Of a DNA stretch of 64,000 bases, positions 58,598 to 64,000 are shown piece by piece. This stretch comes from an uncultured Verrucomicrobiota bacterium (lineage in GTDB: Bacteria; Verrucomicrobiota; Verrucomicrobiia; Limisphaerales; UBA8199). A program made the translations under genes and the position numbers. How positions within the stretch are numbered: position 1 is the first letter of the stretch; the number at the start of each line of letters is the position of its first letter. Below the pieces are notes generated by a model. It saw only the letters and a program-made list of their open reading frames with translations, had not been told where the DNA came from and did not search any database. Location of the stretch: positions 130,671 to 194,670 of the forward strand of contig CAZVFC010000013.1 of assembly GCA_964625855.1 (NCBI GenBank), in the 5' to 3' direction.

Positions 58598-61078
58598 TTA
58601 CTCGCGCACCACCACCTGCAGCTTCGACTTCAACTGGGCCACCAGCTTCTCGTGGGCGGCGTTGACTTCGGCGTCCGTCAGCGTTCGTTCCGCATGGCGA
58701 TAGGTGAAAGCATAGGCCACGCTCTTCTGGCCGGCGGGGACATTCTTGCCGCGGAAGACGTCGAACAGCTCGACGGTTTCCAGGTTGGCTGGTTTGGCCT
58801 GCTTGACGACTTGCAGGATCGCTTCGTGGGTGGTGGTTTCCGGCAGGACCATCGCCACATCGCGGCGGATCGGCGGGAAGTCCGGCAGGCGGCGGAAAGA
58901 CTTGGCCGGGTTCCGCCGCGCGAGCAACAGGTCGAGATTCAGCTCGGCCAGCAGCACGGCGTCGCGCAGATCGTACTGGCGGGCCAGAGTCGGCAACAAT
59001 TGGCCGAATTCGCCGAGCTGGAATCGGCCGAGGTGAACCGTGGCGGATTCCAGGAATAGGGCGGTGCTCTGCGCCCGGCGAACGTAATTCACCCCGCGCA
59101 AGCCAAACTGCTCCAGGAACTCTTCGAGCAGCCCTTTCAGGTCGTAGATGTCGAACTTCGCCTCGCGCTCCTCCCCGCTCCAGAATAGCGGACTGCGCTG
59201 GCCGGTCAGGGCGATGGCGACGCGGCGCTCTTCGCGCCGCGGGCCGTCGGTCTCGGTGAAGACGCGGCCAAGCTCGAAAAGGGCCACGTCGTAGGTCTTG
59301 TGGCTGAGGTTGTGACGCAGCGCGTCAAGCAGGCCAGGCAGCAGACTCGGGCGTAGCACGTTCATGTCGCTGCTCAGGGGGTTCGAAAGCCCGACCAGGG
59401 CCCCGCCAGTCATCAGCTTGCCGGCGGCGTCCGAAATGAGGGTCTGTCCCTGAGCCTCGTACAGGCCAAGCCCCGTCAGGATGCGGCGGGCCTCGGCCAG
59501 TTGGTCGTGGACGGCATCGTAGGGGTTGGCGCCGACGGCCCCGCGTGGAGGTGTGGCGGGAATCTTGTCCACCCCGTAAAGCCGGGCAACCTCCTCGATA
59601 AGATCAATCTCGCGCTTCAGGTCCACCCGGAACGAGGGCACGCGGAAGGTGGTGGCATGGGGAGTGCGCACGCCGGTGGTCGGAGCGATGCCGGCCGCTG
59701 TGTCAATCTCCAGCCCCAGCCGCTGCAAACACTCGACCTGCTGGTCCACAGGAACCACGATGCCGAGCACAGCATCGGTCTGGGTGTGACGCAGAGTGAT
59801 TTGCCTGGGGGCAAAGACATTCGGGTAAGCATCCACCACACCCTGGGCCAGCGCGCCGCCCGCCGTTTCCAGGATCAACTGCGCCGCGCGCTGGCTCGCC
59901 CAATCGCAAATCCCAATGTCCGCCCCGCGCTCGTAGCGATACGACGATTCGGTACGCAGCTCGAGCTTCTTGGAAGTGGCGCGGATGTTCTGCGGCTTGA
60001 AGCAGGCGCTCTCGATCAGCACATCCACGGTGTTGAGGTTGATTTCGCTGTTCTGACCGCCCATGACACCTGCCAGGGCCACGGCCTTGGTTTCGTCGGC
60101 GATCAGGAGCATTTGGCTGGTCAGGGTACGCGCCTGACCGTCCAGGGTCGTGAACTTCTCACCCTCGGCAGCGCGACGGACGACGATAGTAGGACGGGCG
60201 TCCCGCCCGTCCCGGGCAGGCGAGACGCCTGCCCTGCTTTGGAGCAAATGATAATCAAACGCGTGCAACGGCTGCCCCGTCTCCAGCATCACGTAGTTGG
60301 TCACGTCCACCACGTTGTTGATGCTGCGGACGCCGACCTTTTCCAGCATGCTTTTCAGCCAATCCGGGCTGGGTGCGATCTTGACGCCGCGGACCACTCT
60401 CGCGGTGTAACGCGGGCACAGGTCGGCATCCTCGATACGCACCGCGACCGACGCTTCCACAGGGCTGCCCGCTTCATTGAGCTTAACTTGCGGCAGCTTG
60501 AGCGGGTTGCCGGTCACGGCGCTGACTTCGCGCGCGATGCCAATGACGCTGTTGAGATCAGGCCGGTTTGGAGTGATCTCCAGGTCATAGATGACGTCGC
60601 TGCCGGTCCGGCCAAGGTATTCTCCGAACGACTGGCCGACCTTGGCGTCCTCGCGCAGGATGAGCAATCCCTCGACCTCGCCCCCCAAGCCGAGTTCCTG
60701 CGGCGAGCACATCATGCCGTGCGACTCGACGCCGCGAATCTTGCCGACCTTGATCATAAAGGGCGCTTCGCCGGGTTTGGCCGGCAGACTGCAGCCCGGC
60801 AGGATCAGCGGCACCTTGTCGCCGGCCTTGAAGTTCTGCGCACCGCAGACGATTTGTCGCTCGCCCTTGCCATCGTTGACCCGGCAAACGCTCAGCTTGT
60901 CCGCGTTCGGGTGCTTGTCCCTGGTAATCACTTGTGCAACCATGATGCCCTCGAATTCGCCCCCGAGCTTCTGGACGCCTTCGACCTCGATGCCAAGCAG
61001 CGTGAGCCGCCCGGCCAATTCCTCCGGCGACCAGCCGAACTCGACGTATTGTTTGAGCCAGTTATAGGTGACTTTCAT
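58598..61078 (-). CDS. pheT: Phenylalanine-tRNA ligase beta subunit
   Basis: HPNADKL, IVCGA.N, S.GM.CS, EITPNRPD, NN.VD.TNY, QPLHAFD, D..RE.DLIEEVAR, FDVFRG, TLTD.EV. Confidence 0.97.
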   Translation of the reverse strand: MKVTYNWLKQYVEFGWSPEELAGRLTLLGIEVEGVQKLGGEFEGIMVAQVITRDKHPNADKLSVCRVNDGKGERQIVCGAQNFKAGDKVPLILPGCSLPAKPGEAPFMIKVGKIRGVESHGMMCSPQELGLGGEVEGLLILREDAKVGQSFGEYLGRTGSDVIYDLEITPNRPDLNSVIGIAREVSAVTGNPLKLPQVKLNEAGSPVEASVAVRIEDADLCPRYTARVVRGVKIAPSPDWLKSMLEKVGVRSINNVVDVTNYVMLETGQPLHAFDYHLLQSRAGVSPARDGRDARPTIVVRRAAEGEKFTTLDGQARTLTSQMLLIADETKAVALAGVMGGQNSEINLNTVDVLIESACFKPQNIRATSKKLELRTESSYRYERGADIGICDWASQRAAQLILETAGGALAQGVVDAYPNVFAPRQITLRHTQTDAVLGIVVPVDQQVECLQRLGLEIDTAAGIAPTTGVRTPHATTFRVPSFRVDLKREIDLIEEVARLYGVDKIPATPPRGAVGANPYDAVHDQLAEARRILTGLGLYEAQGQTLISDAAGKLMTGGALVGLSNPLSSDMNVLRPSLLPGLLDALRHNLSHKTYDVALFELGRVFTETDGPRREERRVAIALTGQRSPLFWSGEEREAKFDIYDLKGLLEEFLEQFGLRGVNYVRRAQSTALFLESATVHLGRFQLGEFGQLLPTLARQYDLRDAVLLAELNLDLLLARRNPAKSFRRLPDFPPIRRDVAMVLPETTTHEAILQVVKQAKPANLETVELFDVFRGKNVPAGQKSVAYAFTYRHAERTLTDAEVNAAHEKLVAQLKSKLQVVVRE
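60189..60237. repeat. Inverted REP doublet inside pheT
   Basis: GTAGGACGGGCGTCCCGCCCGTCC followed by the reverse complement of GCAGGGCAGGCGTCTCGCCTGCCCG. Confidence 0.75.
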
Positions 61079-61083
61079 CGCGG

Positions 61084-62100
61084 TCAAAACTGTTTCAGGA
61101 ACCGCACGTCATTCTCGTAGAAGAGGCGGATGTCCGTGATGCCGTAGCGAATCATGGCGATGCGTTCGATGCCGAAGCCGAAGGCCCAGCCGGTCCAGAC
61201 TTCCGGATCATAGCCGACGTTCTCGAAGACCTGCGGGTGGACCATGCCGCACCCGGCGATTTCCAGCCATTCCTTGCCCATCTTCCGGGTCAGTGCGCTG
61301 CTGAAATCAATCTCGAAGCTCGGTTCTGTGTAGCTGAAGTAGTGAGGCCGAAAACGTATCCGAGTTTCCTCGCCCATCAGTTCTTTGAACACGAATTCCA
61401 CCGTGCCCTTGAGGTCGCCGACGGTGACATTCCGGTCCACATAGAGGCCTTCGACCTGGTGGAAGGTGGGATTATGGGTAGCGTCGGCGTTGTCGCGGCG
61501 ATAGACCCGGCCGGGCACTATGATGCGAACCGGCGGTTGCTGCTTCGCCATCACCCGTATCTGCACGGATGAAGTATGGGTGCGTAGAAGCAGAGGGGGT
61601 GCCCCTCCTGCCCCCGCTGTGAGGTAGAACGTGTCCTGAGTATCTCGCGCCGGATGGTCCTCCGGCGTGTTCAGCGCATCAAAGCAATGGTACTCATCTT
61701 CGACCTCCGGCCCATCGGCCACCACGAAACCGATCTTGCGAAAACTGCGCACGATATCTTCAGTGACTTGCGTAAGCGGGTGGAGCTTGCCGAGGATGCG
61801 GCGGCGCCCCGGCAGCGTGAAATCGGTCGGTTCCTGAGGGAGCGCGGCCTTTAGGTCCAGCTCGCGGCGGCGTTCTGCCAGCGCCGCTTCAAGCTCCACC
61901 TTGGCGCCATTGACGGCCTTCCCGGCGGCAGGTTTCTCCTCCCTGGACAATCCGCCCAGTTGCTTCATCAGGGCCGTGAACTTGCCATTCGAGCCAAGAT
62001 AGTTGACCCGGGCTTGTTCAAGCGCCGCGATGTCTGGCGCGGCCCGCAATTCCGCCAGAGCCGATTGCTTCAGCGGTTCGACTTGGTCCACGAAACTCAT
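61084..62100 (-). CDS. pheS: Phenylalanine-tRNA ligase alpha subunit
   Basis: G.LHP, F..LNTP.DHPAR..QDTFY, LRTHTS.VQ, GRVYR.D..DATH.P.FHQ.EG, FSYTEPS, G.AFG.GIER. Confidence 0.97.
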   Translation of the reverse strand: MSFVDQVEPLKQSALAELRAAPDIAALEQARVNYLGSNGKFTALMKQLGGLSREEKPAAGKAVNGAKVELEAALAERRRELDLKAALPQEPTDFTLPGRRRILGKLHPLTQVTEDIVRSFRKIGFVVADGPEVEDEYHCFDALNTPEDHPARDTQDTFYLTAGAGGAPPLLLRTHTSSVQIRVMAKQQPPVRIIVPGRVYRRDNADATHNPTFHQVEGLYVDRNVTVGDLKGTVEFVFKELMGEETRIRFRPHYFSYTEPSFEIDFSSALTRKMGKEWLEIAGCGMVHPQVFENVGYDPEVWTGWAFGFGIERIAMIRYGITDIRLFYENDVRFLKQF

Positions 62101-62130
62101 ATCACATCGAAATTAGCCTCAACGGAGCAC

Positions 62131-62162
62131 AAAAAAAACGGGCGTGCCGTTCGGGCCGCCCG
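62131..62162 (-). terminator. Intrinsic terminator between rplT and pheS
   Basis: On the minus strand, CGGGCG-GCC-CGAAC-GGC-A-CGCCCG hairpin followed by T8. Confidence 0.75.
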
Positions 62163-62201
62163 GTTCGCCTGTTGACAATTGGAAATCGGCGATGGCCAGT
62201 G

Positions 62202-62573
62202 TCAGGCCTTGGCGGCCTTGGTCTTCAAGGCCTCCTGGGCAACCTTAACCAGTTCGCTAAAGGCCGCGCTATCGGTCGCCGCGATATCGGCCAGAATCTT
62301 CCGGTCCAGCGCCACCTTGGCAGCCTTGAGGCCCTCCATGAAGCGGCTATAGGTGGTCCCAGCGGCCCGAGCGGCAGCGTTGATGCGAACCTGCCAGAGA
62401 GCGCGGAACGTGCGCTTCTTGACCCGGCGGTCGCGAAAGGCGTATTGGCGGCCATGATCAACCGCGTCGGAGGCGTAGCGGTAAAGCTTGGAGCGGCGCA
62501 TCCGGAAGCCTTTGGCGGCCCGGATCATGCGGGTGCGGCGTTTGCGGGAGGCGGGGGCGTTGGTAACTCGCAT
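62202..62573 (-). CDS. rplT: 50S ribosomal protein L20
   Basis: AKGF...RSKLYR, Y..RDR..KKR.FR.LW..RINAAAR, YSRF..GL, LDRK.LA.IA. Confidence 0.97.
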   Translation of the reverse strand: MRVTNAPASRKRRTRMIRAAKGFRMRRSKLYRYASDAVDHGRQYAFRDRRVKKRTFRALWQVRINAAARAAGTTYSRFMEGLKAAKVALDRKILADIAATDSAAFSELVKVAQEALKTKAAKA

Positions 62574-62604
62574 AGTCTAGTTAATCCTCAGAAGGGGAGA
62601 CACC

Positions 62605-62814
62605 TTAGTGGCTGAAGGGCATGCTCTGGGTAATCCGATATTGATCCGTGGAATGGACCACGCTCGTGCCACGCAAGTTACGACGGCGCTTGGGATTCTT
62701 GGTCTGACACAGGTGCCGCCGGCCGGCGCTCGCGCGCAGCACTTTGCCGCGGGCCGTGATCTTGAACCGCTTGGCCGCAGACTTCTTGGTCTTGATGCCT
62801 TTTGGACGTCGCAT
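62605..62814 (-). CDS. rpmI: 50S ribosomal protein L35
   Basis: KTKKSAAKRFK.T..GK, RHL...K..KR.R.LR. Confidence 0.95.
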   Translation of the reverse strand: MRRPKGIKTKKSAAKRFKITARGKVLRASAGRRHLCQTKNPKRRRNLRGTSVVHSTDQYRITQSMPFSH

Positions 62815-62847
62815 AAATCAATTCGCTTTCGTTTGAAAAGAGCGCGC

Positions 62848-62876
62848 AATATAGGTATTTGCAGAGCACGAAGCAA
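62848..62876 (-). promoter_or_regulatory. Sigma70-type promoter of rpmI-rplT
   Basis: Minus strand TTGCTT-17 nt-TATATT, ending 33 nt upstream of the rpmI ATG. Confidence 0.6.
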
Positions 62877-63059
62877 GGGAAATTTTCAACCGCGAAGTGC
62901 CTGAGTGCCTGCCTGCGCTCCATTGCGCGGGGCGCCCACAGCGCCCATGTCCAACGGTCGCGTCAACGTAAGCTCGACGACCATCCCGTCGCTCGTCACA
63001 AACAACCCGTGGCTCCATGGCATGGACATCGCGGTGGCCAACGGCGTGCGGGCGGCGCC

Positions 63060-64000
63060 TTAGAGCCGGATGCGATAGAATCTGCGGTTTTCGGTCAGGT
63101 CCACGGTCAGGGGCGATTGCGCCGTCACGTCGCGGTAGGGGCCGGCTGCCTCCTCGGCTTCCTGCAGCGTGCCCCGTGGCCAGCTCAGTCGCAACTGCTC
63201 CCCCTCAATCTCCACCCCCAACGTCGGCGCCAAATATACCACCACCCGGAAACTCTGCGTCGCACTCAGGCTCGGCTGCCCGTCATCGCTCACAATCACC
63301 GCCACCGTGTGCTCCGCTGGCGCCACCTCCGACCGCCACTCAAACTGGCCGCTGATCGCGTGGATCTCCGCACCCGCCGGCGCACCCTCGCCCAGACGGA
63401 AAACCAACTGCTGCGCCGGCTCGTCCACATCGCTCGCTTCGACCGTGAACACCAGAGTTTGCCCCAGCGTCACTTCCTGGTCCCCAATCACCGACAGGCT
63501 CGGCGCCGTGTTCGGCAGCCGGTTGGCCGCCCGCGGCGTGCAAAGAACCATCGCCAGAATCCTGCCCGCTCCGTCCGGATACCGACCCTCCGATACGTCC
63601 GTCGTCTGCGGCCCAAAGCTCACCGCGTCTATCCGCGTCCCGTCCGCCCCAAAGACCCCGATCGCTTCCCCGCCCTTGCTCAACGCCAGCTCCGCGTGCA
63701 GGTCCGCACAGTTCGTCCCGTTCTGCTCCGATTCGTTGTCCGCCCACACCAGCAAATAGCCCCCCGCCGGCACCACATACTGCCCCGTGGCCGGCACCTC
63801 AAACTTCCGCGGATCGCCCAAATCGTCCGTCAGGTAATACCCCCCCAAATCCACCGCCGCAGTCCCCGGGTTGTACAGCTCAAACCAGTCCTCATAGTTC
63901 CCATCCGCCGGATCGGCCAAAACCGTCGCGTTGTCCGCCAGCCATTCGTTGATGACCAGCGTGATCGGCGGCGACGCCCCGTTGTTCATACCCCCGGCCG
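63060..64000 (-). CDS. Lamin-tail + cadherin/Ig-like secreted protein, C-terminal part (5' end outside the window)
   Basis: VINEW.A.N...D..EDWFELYN, GYYLTD, LLVWAD (lamin tail), NTAP.L..IGD, A.D.D, RFYRI* ending. Frame open to the window edge. Confidence 0.8.
   Translation of the reverse strand, partial: AGGMNNGASPPITLVINEWLADNATVLADPADGNYEDWFELYNPGTAAVDLGGYYLTDDLGDPRKFEVPATGQYVVPAGGYLLVWADNESEQNGTNCADLHAELALSKGGEAIGVFGADGTRIDAVSFGPQTTDVSEGRYPDGAGRILAMVLCTPRAANRLPNTAPSLSVIGDQEVTLGQTLVFTVEASDVDEPAQQLVFRLGEGAPAGAEIHAISGQFEWRSEVAPAEHTVAVIVSDDGQPSLSATQSFRVVVYLAPTLGVEIEGEQLRLSWPRGTLQEAEEAAGPYRDVTAQSPLTVDLTENRRFYRIRL

Noticed and set aside
62814-63060. Absence of infC/thrS upstream of rpmI, and trpA without trpB
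   Set aside because: Operon splitting of this kind is common, and rpmI has its own promoter-like sequence.

Overview
GC-rich bacterial chromosome segment, most likely Verrucomicrobiota subdivision 3 (Pedosphaera/Limisphaera-like). That placement is an inference from the prepilin/H-X9-DG gene, GYF_2 proteins, GTAG-type REPs and secreted proteins ending in F[YF]R. Housekeeping and metabolic genes occupy most of the window: two YfhO paralogs, a GYF/TM2/DUF2752 membrane cluster, a sugar-acid operon, glycan-degrading genes, apgM, nadC-birA-coaX, trpA, manC, a sialidase locus, glpQ, a CE15 esterase, a phosphoesterase and rpmI-rplT-pheS-pheT. The main accessory region is a ~19.8 kb defence island between coaX and trpA (~22.9-42.7 kb). 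It carries intact DISARM drmA-drmB-drmC, but the methyltransferase survives only as two diverged C-terminal remnants, and the drmA 5' end is present twice. Three cargo sets sit in the drmMI-drmA interval: (1) an intact pair of a 1723-aa STAS/GHKL/double-PRTase protein and a translationally coupled REC-HD protein, the best candidate for an uncharacterised system; (2) an AAA_21 ATPase with a truncated RloB; (3) a truncated toxin-like ORF with an ImmA/IrrE peptidase. Other features are a four-helix-bundle gene enclosed by inverted heptamer arrays, a TA module nested in a broken mazF, an in-frame REP doublet inside pheT, and many 7-11 nt tandem arrays. No tRNA, rRNA, integrase or CRISPR array was recognised. 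All domain calls are by-eye motif recognition, and mis-assembly cannot be excluded for the mosaic junctions.
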